A DNA stretch of 61,243 nucleotides, the filler included, from Platydemus manokwari (taxonomy: Eukaryota), in the NCBI GenBank assembly GCA_037951405.1. It is 6 parts of 6 records of this genome, joined end to end, with 100 filler letters (N's around TTAATTAATTAA, not from the genome) between each part and the next. Parts side by side here need not be neighbours in the genome. Positions count along the whole stretch, not along the records: positions 1 to 11,474 come from JBBMOY010658874.1; positions 11,575 to 22,400 come from JBBMOY011103220.1; 4 more parts are not named here. The stretch is one strand, 5' to 3'. Below the pieces are notes generated by a model that saw only the letters and a program-made list of their open reading frames with translations, did no database searches and was not told the DNA's origin. Position numbers and translations under genes: made by a program. Shown one piece after another: positions 1 to 13,150 of the stretch; the stretch's first letter is position 1, and each line of letters begins with the position of its first letter.

Positions 1-236
1 GAAGTTAAATAATATATTTCTCTGTGTATTAATTAATACACGAATTATATCATCGAAAAATCTCAACCAAAACTTGGATTTCAACTGGTAGTTGGCCATA
101 TTTAAATCGATTTTTATATTCGAAATCTGTGCGTAATTTTTTGCTTTATCTTGTATCAAATTTTGCTTTTTAATGTTCTTATTGGATTTCTAAATTTTTG
201 GATGAGTTGGATTGGTCAAATAGCTTTATTGTATAG

Positions 237-380
237 CTATGCCTGTTTTTCCAATCGTTGTTTACCATTTAATTTCACTATGATTGCTCTGCCTGTATAG
301 TTGTGCATGCATGCGAATGTTTAAAGTGCTTGAACAAGGGTTTCAAGGTGCAAATCCATTTTACTTTTTGCAGAATTTCA
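237..380 (+). repeat. Unclassified dispersed repeat, with an inverted copy at about 27355-27507
   Basis: gctatgcctg...ttgctctgcctgtatagttgtgcatgcatgcgaatgtttaaagtg...gcaaatc...ttttgcagaatttca aligns by eye with the reverse complement of 27355-27507 (ttgctatgcctgtatggttgtggaggcatgcaaatgtttaaagtg...gcaaatc...ttttgcagaatttca). Confidence 0.7.
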
Positions 381-1559
381 CTTCACTCAACAATATACTG
401 ATATATTTTTTTTTCATTCAAATTACGCAACCGTAATCGATGGAATCCTACTAGCCTGGTGTTATTTATATAGAGATAATTCAGCAAGTTTTAAACTCAG
501 TGAACTATCTATGCGTACTTTAGATAGTGATTATAATCAGAATAATGATGATTCCACCAATAATCTGACTTTAATCAGTAATAAGGTTGCGTGTATATAA
601 TTCAAATATCAGATATACTAACACTAGAGTAATAAAATAATAAGTCGAAGTTATACGTATATTATAATTAAAATTATCTAATGTGTAATGCAATACAATT
701 GATAGAAAAACGTATTATGCCGTGAAAAGTTTTAAAACAAACTGACGTAAGAAACTAAGTGTCAAGTTACAAAGTCATTCGATTTTGTAACTCAACTATA
801 GTGGAAAAATAATCAAATTTACCGCGTGCATTACATTTCGAAGAGGTTGAAGAAGTAGAATCTTGTGGCACTTGTCCGTTTGTAGTATACAAAAATAGAT
901 AACCCGTTATTGGCAGGATTCCCCACAATGATGTTCGGTACGCTGTAGCTTCGCCGTAGAGTGCGATTTGCTATCAATGATAATACTCCGAATGGGTTGG
1001 ATGTTCACTGTAGAATGCGATGAGAGTTGAAGCGAAACGATAGCTGCTGGTTAAACTGCTGACAATTTTCGTATGACGCTTTTGTCATAGAATGATGGTC
1101 ATTTTCTATTATTTGCATTTGTTTTTATATCCATTTTTCCTGTGGGCGTGTGTGGGAGTTTACCAAGTTTCGAAATTTTTTTTGCCGTTGTCATGGGAAT
1201 TCTTATAATTTTTAATATTTACCTTGGTTATACAATACTTGCAAAGGCGTGACCCTGGAAACGTATTCATTCACCGTTGTGACGCATTTATGAATTACGT
1301 ATTTATGAATTAAATTTACGAAAATTAATAATATGCGAGCTGGGATATGTGGGCTGATAAAATAAGTGTAATTATTAAGTGTAAATATTATATTATTATT
1401 TATTACAACTTTGCATTCATAGCTATTACAAAATTTGAGCATCGCCTATATTTCAAAGAGTAGTTCATTTCATTCCCCTCTCATTCCTTTATTAGTAAGT
1501 TCGGCTTAAACGGCAAAATCAACCAAACTGAGTCCGGTGTCAATATGTTTGTGAACAAC

Positions 1560-1900
1560 TTTGAGCTACCCAAATACTTTCAGACCAAAACCTTTATCTG
1601 TTAGTATTGTTTAGATTAAATGCAAATTCTCTGGTCGTTCTTGTGTTTTTGCAAGGAAAATTTTTCCAATAATGATATCTACCTCTGCACTGATAAGCTT
1701 TTAGGACACTGAACGTTAACTGACATCCAATCTACGATATCTCGACAAGAAATTTTATCATCCACCTTTCTGGTAGTTCCTTTAAAATAGATGAGCAATA
1801 ATTGTATCATAGTTCGTTCTGTCAATCCATATGAAGAAGCGTACACGAAGTAATCATTAATAAAATCTCGCAGGGTAAGCGACGATTTGCTCAATTTTTG
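1560..1900 (-). mobile_element. Degenerate retrotransposon gag-like fragment
   Basis: ORF 1679-1894 (LRDFINDYFVYASSYG...) continues across frameshifts as LEKFFLAKTQ / TTREFAFNL / LTDKGF, which resembles an LTR-retrotransposon capsid region. Weak, motif-level only. Confidence 0.35.
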
Positions 1901-3581
1901 TTATAGCTTCAGAACAATTTTATAATATTTTTTGAATTTTAAATATCAGATTGTTAGCCCAGTAAATTAAATTAGATAAAGATTGATAAAATAATTTATT
2001 AATCTACCTTCAAATATTTAACAAATTACAAAATAATAAAAATATCAAAATTAAGTTTCGAATCCACAAATAGGATTGCTAGAATTAAATATTATAAGAA
2101 ATTAGAATGTAATATTATAATTATTATCGAAATTATTATTATTTCAATTATAATGATCATGTTATTTTTACAAATACCGCATTACGATAATCCAACCTAT
2201 CACCTTCGATTTATTCATAATATTACCATAAAAGTATAAGACAAAGTACTAAATATTTTATTTGACTTAAGTACCTACTGCAAAAATTTTCGAATTATCT
2301 TGACAAAGAATTGGATCGTAATTTCGATTTAATGAAAATAGAACTCTTGGTCTTGCGCATAATTCATTTACTACAATCACGTTGTTATTTATTATCTTTT
2401 TATCCATAGTAGGTGTTTACAAAATTGTCTAAGCGAGTTTTTTGATTATCTTAAATTATGGAACAGTTTCATTAAGCTATTGTTGTATAAAATTTTATTA
2501 TTACTATGGACTTTACGAAATAACGATGATATAGCATGTCGTAATTTGCAAAAATTTAACACATTTTCGATTTCTTTCTGCTTGGAGTATATTTGAGAAA
2601 TTCTATCAAAGCTACGATTAACAATCCATTAAATAATTTCAAATTATTTCTCATCAATTAGCGATAACTGATAAAAACATAATTTTATCATTTATATCAA
2701 TTAAACAAATTGACTTTTGATTCTTTCTTTTTCGAATTTTTATAATCAACATTTTTTTTCAAAATCAACAAAAAGTTATCGTATAAATTTTGGAACTGAA
2801 TTTTCTTTTTACTAAAATAGGTTTTCTTTTTTTAAAAAAATAGATAACAAATTGACAATTTTTCATTGATAACTGTCAGTAAGAATTATTGTGATTAAGT
2901 TATGATTTATTAATTAAAATAAATAATTTACTAAATTGTTTCATTTAATTTACAATAATGTGTTGTGATCTGTAAATTTATTCTTGCAATCAGTCTTTAT
3001 CAAAGTGTTTTAAATTAATGATAAAGAATGGAAATCTGTTGATTAAAGAAAAATAATAAATAAGATGAAATATTAATTATTTTAGATAAAACACATCAAT
3101 ATCATTATTCTAACATTGTAGATTTTTATTTACTTATTTACCTAAGGGGTAATATAAGGTAAGACAAAATTGATATGCAATAATATAATTAATAGAGATA
3201 TTGTTATTAATGCAGGCGATTTATATTTATATATTATTCCTATTAATTAAAAACATGATCAGAATTACAATCTCGATAAATTAATATGATTAATTCAGCT
3301 ATCATAGATAATTTAATGAACTTATATTTTTAATGAACACAATTTACAGTAATTTAAATATATAATTACTTATTTTAGTTCAAAATAACTACAAGTACAT
3401 TCTCCACCCAGTGTGTATGTGTGTGATAATAAATCAAAGGACAATTCTATTATTGAATTAAAATATAAAGGCAAATAAAAGCATCAGGTTTGATGTTACA
3501 AAAAAATTCTATATTTTTCAATAAAAGTAAAATATCGAAAATATTAAAACGAAAACCACTAAAATGGACATCGTAAATTTC

Positions 3582-6500
3582 TTATTTATACAAAAAAAGA
3601 ATCAAATTAATATAACATATAAATATCTTCAAACCGGTTTCGATCAATGCCGTTTTTAAACTGCCCGATGATGTCGATGAAGATTCTGAAAGATAAAATA
3701 GAAACATTGAAAATCAAGAACATTTTTCTGGTGATGTTTTTAATTCTGTTAAAAGTTTAAATTTCGATGTCGAGATTTTTCCAAAGAAAATCAAATCAAC
3801 CAAACCGTCTACCTTGTTGAAATTTTTGAAATTGCAGAAGTGGTATTGTGGGAGTAGTCGAAATTTCTGTGTCTGGAAATGATAACACATTTATTTATAT
3901 TTATATCATTAATATAATGCCTTACTTTCCTCGATGGTTTGTACATAAGGAATGTCTTCAATAAACATCTGTTTGTTGTATATGGAATTTCTATCATTTT
4001 CTAAATTAAAAAAAACATATCGAATAATATTATTAACAGATGATTATATAAGATAATACTTTTAGATTTAAATTTAATATTGTCAAGTAGGTAAAAAAAT
4101 AAACTTTTAAAGAATAATTAAAAAATTCCTAATAAATATACTTAGAAATATTCTAAAAGAAAATCATTAATAATTTGCTTAAATCAAAAAATAAAAATTA
4201 ATAGAATATTCCAGAACAATTTGTTTAAATTAATCAATGTAATAATGTGTGTAGGAGTATTATAAAAAGAGCCCATTTTGACAACGATGGTCAATCGTTT
4301 TTGGTCGGAAACTTCAGTGCTTAGCTTATGCGTGATTTCAGTAATCAGTCTTTTTGAATACTCTTCGTTCTGTTTTTGATTTTCGGGGGTTGATCCCATC
4401 TTGAATGATTTTCTTTGTGAATTGCATAGAGATTTATTATTGTTATTATTGAGACTTGGAATGTAATATTTAGTTCATTCAAATTTTCAGATCTAAATTG
4501 CTGATTGATAACCCAACAATGGCAAGATCTTGAATTCACTGATAAACACAATAAAAACTTGAAAAGTCTTCAATATAGATATTTTTGAAATTTTTCAAAT
4601 AATCGAACCAATTTATTATTTAAAAAAATCACAGAAATTTTAGAAAAATCGTCCAATAATCAAATAATCAAAGTCATTCTTGTTTTAAACAAATCCAAAA
4701 ATGTGTATAAAAATCGATATAAAAAATCTCAAATGTTTTTTATTTAATATGAAAAATAAACAATTTACCAGATGGTTTTAGTTTCGTCAATCCATAGCCA
4801 ATTCCCATGATGGTTTGCATTTGACAAATATAATCGCCATAATCCTGCTTTTTCAAGTTAAAAATCGTAAGTTTCACTGATAATTGGTTTAATGTGTTAT
4901 GACGTTCGTCTCGATTCATGACTGTGATGATAATAATTGAGATTTAATTTAATAATTCTCGTCTAAGTAGATCATTAATTAATTGATAAACGTTGATAGA
5001 GCCTGGGGAATATAAATGGAGAAAATGCAAATATTTAATTTGATTACATTTGTCGTTTTTCTTATTTATACGAGAATATTTATAATGTAATACAATGTAC
5101 ATAAATGGCTTAATCCGTCCACTTTGTCATGATCATGATTGCTATTAATTTAATTGTAACAAAATATAAAAACAAGCAAAATCTAATTAAGGTATTGCAC
5201 TGATATTTTAGATGCTGTAATAATGATCTGATGGTAATTCAATAATCGATCCCAATGATCCAAAAAACATTGAATCAGGAATAGAAATTTCGCTTTTTGC
5301 CAGGTATGACTTCAAATATTCTCCAAACATATATCCAATATAAGAGATAATGTGAATTAATATTATATAAATACTTTTTCAAATGACTTCAGAAAATTTG
5401 ATTTAAACTGTTTTCACCTAGTTTCGGAATATGCTTGAATTTTTGAAAAAGTAGGATTTTTATTGATGGTCTTCTCTAACGTATCTATCCATATAAAGAA
5501 GATAATGTAAATACATACATTTATTTATGTGTGCTTGCTTGTCTGTGTGTGTAATAAAATGTGTATGTAATATTATTTGGCTTAAGTTAAGGAAAAGGGT
5601 CCTTTGACCTACTTTCGTTATAATGAATTTTCGCTCATGAGATAATTTTATAACTTAATTTTATATAAAACTGCTATGTTTGATTTATTCGTATAATTCA
5701 CTTAATATATCATTTATAAGATGTCTAACAGGAACAAGACGTAGTTTTAAAACCAAGTTCCCATTCCAATCACAACACTTCTTTGAGATTTTAAACTCAA
5801 ATTTTTATATTTATAAATAGAGTTAATTAATTTTATTAAATTATTTTTATAGAATATTTGTAAAAATTGAGAATCTCACAATTCGCTTTTAATGTTAAAC
5901 AAGGGGTCCTCACTATTTTTTAATAAATTTCAATTCGACCTACTTTTTTCATTTTTTCAAATAATCATGTTTTAGGAGACTTTTAAGGTCTAGTGTAATT
6001 AATATTTGATTTCAAACAACTAAAATTCTTCTTAAGTACTTAAATAAAAAATTGAAAATATTTTTAAAGAATATAATTAAATAAACTATATAGGATTTTG
6101 TATTATATCCAACAAATTAAAAATTTCATTTTAGGACCCTTTTTTTAACTTTAACCTAATTTATTAAATACTTACTGTTAGATATTATGGAATAAGTTAG
6201 ATTTAGGCTATTTTAAAGGCGTCTCAATAGACAGATCTAACTGGTGTTTACTTTTAATTTTTGTACATGGTTGGATATACTTTACAAACACAATTAAAAC
6301 AAACCGATACAATATTTTAAAGATCTATTCTCCAATGGTGCACATAAAAGCGGGCTAATTACATTATTATTATGAAGCCATTTCACAATTCCCATAGGAG
6401 AAGCTAGAACCAAACATTCGATAACCGTATCGCCCTTCAACCTTTGGTGTATTTCTGGATTTGTCATGATGATTTCTGGTTTGACTGTTAAACATTGGAT

Positions 6501-9073
6501 TATTATTTTATGTCAATGTGTGAGAAATCTATACATTTAACGACCAACATGAATTTTGATCGAGCTTCAGGTTCAACTTTATTGTTAGCCACACACATGT
6601 AATAACCTGACATATTGCGATGTACTTGGGATATATGTAATGTTGATCCGATCGTGTAAATTTCTGAAATTTATCCCACAATTCAACTCCTATTCAAAAA
6701 TTATTATAACCAACCATTTAGTTTATGATGTTCGAAATTTTCCATCGCATTCAATATAGGAGTCTTATTATTTTCACCAATATCAGATTCTAAATAAAAC
6801 CAAAACACTTTCGGTTGAGGTTTACCTGATGCATTGCAAGTGAGTTGGAGTGCTTGGTTTTGTTCGGCATAAATGACTTGCTTGAACATAGGATGTATTT
6901 GAGGTGGCACTATAAAGATTTATAAATATATCATTAAATCTATTATAAGAAATTCGTACCGCTAAAACAAACAACCTCAAAATGAATTTATTATTAAAAT
7001 TATTATTATCTGTGATTAAAATGTAGTATCACTGGTTTATCTCTCGAGAAAGTAATTACAAAATATATCCGGTGTTGTTTTGCAATTTAGTCGAAAAATA
7101 TGAGACGTATATTAAAAGTAAATAAAAACATTTCTGTATTTGTAACTTTATTTTGCATAATTAATTTTCCACTTTAATTCGAGTGATAATATTTCATTTC
7201 ATCCGAAATGAACCCAACTGCAACAATTAAGTTCATCGTGCAGACATGTGGTTTAAAAATAGTGCTGATTTTTTTGTGATGAAATTAATAAGATAAAATC
7301 TCAAATGAATGAGGAATGAATTTCAACATTAATTTTAAACTACTCATGAAATATACAAGATTTATAAAACACGGTAGTAACTTGATTGTACTGCACAGGT
7401 CGTGTACTTTACACACTCACAAATGATTTACAGATACATGATTGATTCCAGACAATCATTATATTCACTGCAAATCAATGGTCCCAAGGAGAACAATTTT
7501 ATAATATATTAATGGATTTTAAAAAGCACTAATTGATTTATTTAAACAATCTAAAAGAAATGGAAAAATATTATCAAAATTGAATTACGATTTTAATATT
7601 TAATTAAACTAATTATATTAATATTACTGAATACTTTTTAAAAATCATGTTGAAATGAATAATTTTGTTAATTACAATACTTGTAATTCTAATAAACTCT
7701 AAAAATTACTAAACTGAATTATTTAAAGGTTTTTTTTTAAAATTAGAAATAGTTTTATCGAATAAATTGCAAGATAAACAGCAGAAAAATCTTATGATCG
7801 ATTTCATTATTTCTGGACAGCAGAGATGATTCACTGAAGAAGTATAAATTTGAAATTTTTGATCTTTTTAAAATTCGAAGTCTTTACTTCTTATAATTTG
7901 TTTTTAAATGCAACTATATTATATTTGTTGATGATTTATTAAAATTTTTAAAATAAAAGACAATTTTTTTCGACTCGGCATTTTTTAAAGACTTTTTAAG
8001 AAATTGAGAAGTTTTGTAAAATTAAAATTGAAGCGAGATTAAATTCAATAATATCCACAACTATAATGAAAATAGGTCTTTTGTTAGACTTATTTGATAG
8101 AACATTTTAAAAATATACAAAAAGTACATCATATATTTCCATTTTATTCTTAGAAATTTACGCTTGTTTTAAAAGTTTAAGCATCTTTAATTAGGTGTGA
8201 ACAATGTTACTATTATTCATGTAAATCAATCTCTTTTATTTTTTACCGGAAACAATTATTTGCATCCTGATTTGTATCCGCTCGATTGTCAAATTTATCA
8301 TTTACCAGATATAATTCAATAATTCTATAAATGGGACGCCAGTACTCTTGTAATCCAAAATATATTTGCTTTGTTCGAGTCTCACAGCATTGAAATGAAT
8401 GCAATTGTATTTGGTTTAAACAATTATTTCTTGGTAATCAAAGGTATCTTTAATGAATAATGATGTGGTGTCAAACCAAGTTTTTAACTTAAAGAATGGC
8501 ACCGAAACTTGCATTTGGTTTTTAGAATAAATTATCTGAGATAGGTATGCCTTATTATGTGCATTTATAAAGAAATAAATCTTGATAGTTTTTTCACTGT
8601 GAATTTTGGTAATTAATAGTTCGCTTATTTAATATTTTTGAATTCCTTTCTATTAACCACCAATTCTCAACAAAGACACATTGGTGGAAAACAGAGGAAC
8701 ACAAGCGAGGAACGGAATCACAAGCTCAAAACTTTAATTAAATCTTGAAATAAAAATTTATAAAAATATTTTGTACCGATAATCAATTTAAATTTTATTT
8801 TATTATTTTATTGTTGATACTTTAATAATGGACATCGTTATTACCTTTTATAATCAAAATAACTACATTGTAAATGATTTCATTTTTTAAAACCAAACTG
8901 CATCGATATTCACCAGAATCGTGATCTTTCACTGGCTCGATTAATAAATTAAACATATTCGTATTGAAAATGCCCTGAAAACTGAGTCGAAATCTTTTGT
9001 CTGGAGTAACTCGATAAATCCCCCTTGTCAATATTCGTCGAGGATATTTCATCCAAGTAACATTCATATAGTC
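3582..9073 (-). CDS. Three-Ig-domain lachesin/IgLON-like cell-adhesion protein with a GPI-anchor-type tail (multi-exon; 5' end incomplete)
   Basis: Phase-consistent GT-AG exons: 9073-8845 (DYMNVTW...DSGEYRC, Ig1 second half); 6909-6715 and 6663-6535 (Ig2: LQLTCNASGKPQPKVFW...TLHISQVHRNMSGYYMCVANN); 6484-6363 (Ig3: VIECLVLASPMGIVKW); tentative 28-nt exon 6279-6252; 4921-4769 (LTIFNLKKQDYGDYIC); 4000-3926; 3872-3813; 3685-3582 (SSSTSSGS...IFICYINLILFLYK stop). Confidence 0.88.
4290..4550 (-). mobile_element. Penelope-like element 3' remnant, copy 1 (intronic)
   Basis: Shares ttttggtc...cttagcttatg(c/t)gtgatttcagtaatcagtctttttg...gatcccatcttga with about 12870-13030 and 37110-37290. The degenerate minus-strand translation resembles the GIY-YIG C-terminal pattern. 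The repeat is certain; the family is inferred. Confidence 0.55.
5579..6156. mobile_element. MITE / non-autonomous DNA transposon with about 25-bp TIRs (intronic)
   Basis: Left end ggcttaagttaaggaaaagggtcct; right end aggaccctttttttaactttaacc, whose reverse complement is ggttaaagttaaaaaaagggtcct. A second partial copy starts at 42978. Confidence 0.75.
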
Positions 9074-9960
9074 CTACATCGAAAGAAATATAATATTTAA
9101 AAATAAATTAAAAAATTTCAATTTAATACTTTTAAATTTATCGAGTATGGAAAAGAAGTTTTTTGATTTAATTAATTTTTCTTTTGTGTTTTAATAATAA
9201 AAGATGGATATTTATAAATTTTACTAATTAAAATTATTCTTAAAATTTATATATTAATATATATTAATCTGACAATGACTATTATTAAAAATTATTTTAA
9301 AATTCTTATTAGTTAAAATATTTTTTATTGTTTAAATTCTATTGTATAAAATTTTAAAAACATCTTAATAACTTCATAGAAATCGCATTGCACTTGTTAC
9401 CTACTACTATTATATAAAAGATGCATCGAAAATGAACTGAAATGACACGACAATAAAAAATGTATTCAAATAGAATTATCTAAACAAATAAGTATAATTT
9501 CATACAAAATTATATTCTAAATAAAATTAAATTTGTAAAAATTTAATTAAATTTTAAAATTCTTAGAGTGCTAATATTAGATTAAAATTGGTTATGATAA
9601 TATCATTACAATGATAAGGTCCGTTGATTTTTATTCGGACAAATCTTGGGGATAATTCAACTTACCACTTTAAATATTAAATCGGTCTTCTTATCAAATT
9701 TGAAAATGTAGTCTGTCGATCGAGCGGTTTTGTAGCATATCTTTCTCAGTAGCGTGACATAGTACTTTGAGTTCACCACTTTATAAGTCTCTTATGGGTT
9801 GATACTATATTCATGAACACTTTAATATCTCTTACTACTAGGAATTAGGATCTAATTAATATTATCCATAATCATTTTCTATCTTTTCGGTCTGTAATTT
9901 ATGTGTGCTACATCTTGTTGGTTCTAGTCATATTCTTTGGGATAAGCAACGGTAAGTAAT

Positions 9961-10270
9961 AAGCAATTTCATAGCAACTGTTCAAAAATGTTCACCATCT
10001 TGCTCAAAACAGGGAATGCATCGTTTCCTGAAGTTTGAATAACATTTACGGACGACTTCTTGATTGATGTTAATTAATTCATGTGAAATTGCTTCTTCAA
10101 GTTCGTTGAGTGTTGTATAAATATTATGGATTGCATAAACTCGATCTTCAATATAGCTCCATAGCCAAAAGTCGAATATCACGGGGTCTAGGGATCTTGG
10201 TGGTCATTACTTTGGTCCTCCAGGATCAATCCATCGCTGTGGAAAATGTTGATCAACCCATTGTCATGTT
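9961..10270 (-). mobile_element. Tc1/mariner-superfamily transposase C-terminal remnant (DD37D/DD41D-like)
   Basis: Minus strand reads WIDPGGPK**PPRSLDPVIFDFWLWSYIEDRVY...TLNELEEAI...NFRKRCIPCFEQDGEHF, matching the WPPRSPDL..DF.LW...K.VY...GGHFE pattern, with in-frame stops. Confidence 0.85.
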
Positions 10271-11474
10271 GGTATACTGAATGTTAGTTTTAAAGACGGA
10301 GACTTATGAATCGCATGATATATATCGATTAACTTTTCATGTTTTTAATAAACATCAAGTACTAATTAAGTTTCATTCAAATACCAAGAAACAAAATTCT
10401 TGGATTTTATATTTTTGATATTTGGCATAATTTTAGAGATCTTCCAAAAATTCCAAAGACAAAATCTTCGACAATTTAAAATCTAAAAAAACAATTTCAC
10501 AATTTGACAAATTTTATTTTGCGACTTTTGAGTATATTTTTTCTTGTAAAAGTCCGCTAAGACTTTTAAGATTTTAAACAATTATCTTTCTTGAATTTTT
10601 ATTTTATTTAATTTTATTTAATGTTAGCTTTTCGGTTTTCATGGTTTGTTAGCTTTTTATTTTGTAGAGCACAATACAAAGGTTATTTTTAGAAAGATTT
10701 TGTTAAGACCTTGCAATGAAACTTTACACGAAACAATATGAATCGCAAACATCACATTTTCGGTATGTATCCAATATCAATTCAATGACTATTACATGTT
10801 CTCTCTTTATCCAATCTATTTTTGGGAAATTCGTATAAAATGGCGTGCCCAATCCAACTGAACAAGCTCTTTGATTTTCAAACCTTTTCCCAATGCTTGG
10901 TATGACTTATTATGGCAGTAAGTTAAAGTAACGGAGCCACTCATAGTACCGTAAAATTAGAATGAACCAAAAAGCCACACCACAATGTGATTCATTTTAG
11001 AATAATAAAGTGTTACACCCTCATATGTAAACTGCCAGCTTCTCAATTGTTTTTGTTAGTTTATAGTTTTTATTTTTTGCTTTCTTTGAATTTTTCTTAG
11101 TTTGAAATTGCGTATTTGTCACATCGCGTCAAGCACGTGATTACAATACTTCATTTTTTGGTGAAGATCATCGTGATTAATAACATGAACTATTAATTAC
11201 TTGGAATACAAACTTTTCAATGGCAGTTCTGAAAAATGTGTTGGACAATCGAGTTCGAAATACCAACATCATGAGAAATTTTCCAGGATTTATTTGATAC
11301 CTATAGACATAGGACGAGTTATCATCAACTAATTAGAACGGACATCAAATGAAATAATCACAAATACCAAACGAATTATTGCATGGCGTTTGAGAACACG
11401 TTCTTTTAAAATTTTAAAATTAAGTGTTCGTTAAGAAATGCTAACTTTACCATTATTTGAAGTGTACTTTTTAT

Positions 11475-11574
11475 NNNNNNNNNNNNNNNNNNNNNNNNNN
11501 NNNNNNNNNNNNNNNNNNTTAATTAATTAANNNNNNNNNNNNNNNNNNNNNNNNNNNNNNNNNNNNNNNNNNNN
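11475..11574. other. Assembly gap with synthetic TTAATTAATTAA linker
   Basis: 44 N + ttaattaattaa + 44 N. The same cassette occurs at 22401, 34347, 43369 and 52431. Confidence 0.97.
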
Positions 11575-12569
11575 TAATATCATTAAGTATTAATTTTAAA
11601 TAAAATCTTTAATCATAATCTAAATGCACTTGATATTAATAAATCTACTTGGTCACTACCAATCTTCCATATGAAAATAGAAGAATTCAAATTTTCTTCT
11701 GAGCAAAAACAGTTAGTTTACTATATTACAGGAATGAATTAAATTTATCAATTTACTCAAATTCTTTAAGCTTATCGACTTTCCTTGAGAGGTGATGGCT
11801 TATTTGGATGAATTTAGAAAAAACTTTCAACAATATGCTAGTTATATAAAACGATAGTCACAAAAATTTAATTAAATTTTTTAAAATACTTTATTGTTAT
11901 TCTAGATTATTTATCATACAAAATATATTTACGATATTTTTGAACTTTCTCAAAATAACTTTTACAAATCTCAACTAAAGTTTCTATTAATTTATCTTTC
12001 AAAGTTAAATACACCAACGTCTGTTGTATACAGATTATTGACAACTCAAATATAATTAAACCTTCACTCTGTTTTCTTAGGTATTGTCCTTAAAACTTAA
12101 ACACCCCCAACTTGTGTAACACTTCACATAATTCTTATAGTAACACAGAAACCATATCTAGTCTAGCAAAAATGGATTTACAATGATTAATGATTTCTTG
12201 AGATGTTGCTCAAGATAATTATATTAGAATTTACCAGTATCGAATTTAAAAGAACATTTAGAAACATTATGGAAACATTGTTTATGATAATAATGTGCCA
12301 ATTTAAAGTAATTATTCTTACAATGCAATAAGATTATAAATTAATTATTGGAGAAACGTCTCAAACAGAAAACATCAATTTATCTTTAGAGAAATCTGCA
12401 TCAACAAAAAAGTAGTATAAAATTCAAAAGCAATTAATTTTTAATGTTTTACAATTGATATTAATGTTGTTATACTGATCTAATATTCAGTACTTATGTA
12501 CCTGAATACTTTATTCGTTTAATAAATCTGTTGGGTAGATCACAAATCAATCAAAAGAGTTATAGGAAC

Positions 12570-13150
12570 CAAGGAAATAGCCCTAAAAGAGTCGACACAC
12601 ACAGATCCTATAAGCACATTTGCCGTTAATCAATCAGATACGTTCTAATATTAATCCATGTTTAGAAGTTAAGAATAGACAGGCACATACCTACAATGAC
12701 AGCAAACCCAAATATCTACTAATAGCATAAGGTACGAGGAAATTTTCAAGTAGACCGATTTAGGAACGAATTCAGAAAATGGAAAACGAAGATCAATGAC
12801 ATCAAGTAGACACACCTAATAGTAGATCACCTATAAAAGTGGTTGAGTTTCATGAGTAACTGCCGGCCATTTTGGTCGGTAACTTGTGTATTAAACTTAA
12901 CTTTGTGTGATTTTCAGTAACCAGTCTTTTTGGTTACTTTCTATTCTGCCTTTGACTTTTGGGTGCTGATTCTTTCTTATGTGATAGACTATCGTGATTT
13001 GAGAAGAGGTTTAACTGTAGTTGTTGTGATTGAGATTGTAAAAATTTGTACAATATAATTTTCACGTTTAAATGTTGATTATAACGCCCAACAAATTGCG
13101 GAACTTTCATCCCATAAGCCTAAAATCTAGATTCCATGGTACACGTTTTC
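12570..13150 (-). mobile_element. Penelope-like element 3' remnant, copy 2
   Basis: Aligns by eye with 36830-37290 (gccgttaa.caatca.at.cgttctaa...tttagaag.taagaat.gacaggcacat.cctacaa). Minus-strand degenerate ESSAI...NF...YHIRKNQHPKV resembles a GIY-YIG C-terminus. Confidence 0.55.

Noticed and set aside
840-1290. GC-richer stretch that looks coding
   Set aside because: The minus-strand frames I read are interrupted and show no recognisable motif; probably a continuation of the adjacent decayed retroelement.
7065-7376. Possible Tc1/mariner MITE (ccggtgttgttt ... aaaacacggta)
   Set aside because: The inverted match is too short and imperfect to support.
9666-9790. Candidate missing Ig1 exon with a strong gtaagt donor (…VVNSKYYVTLLRKICYK…)
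   Set aside because: The phase could fit, but the peptide does not resemble an Ig B-strand and could be transposase debris.
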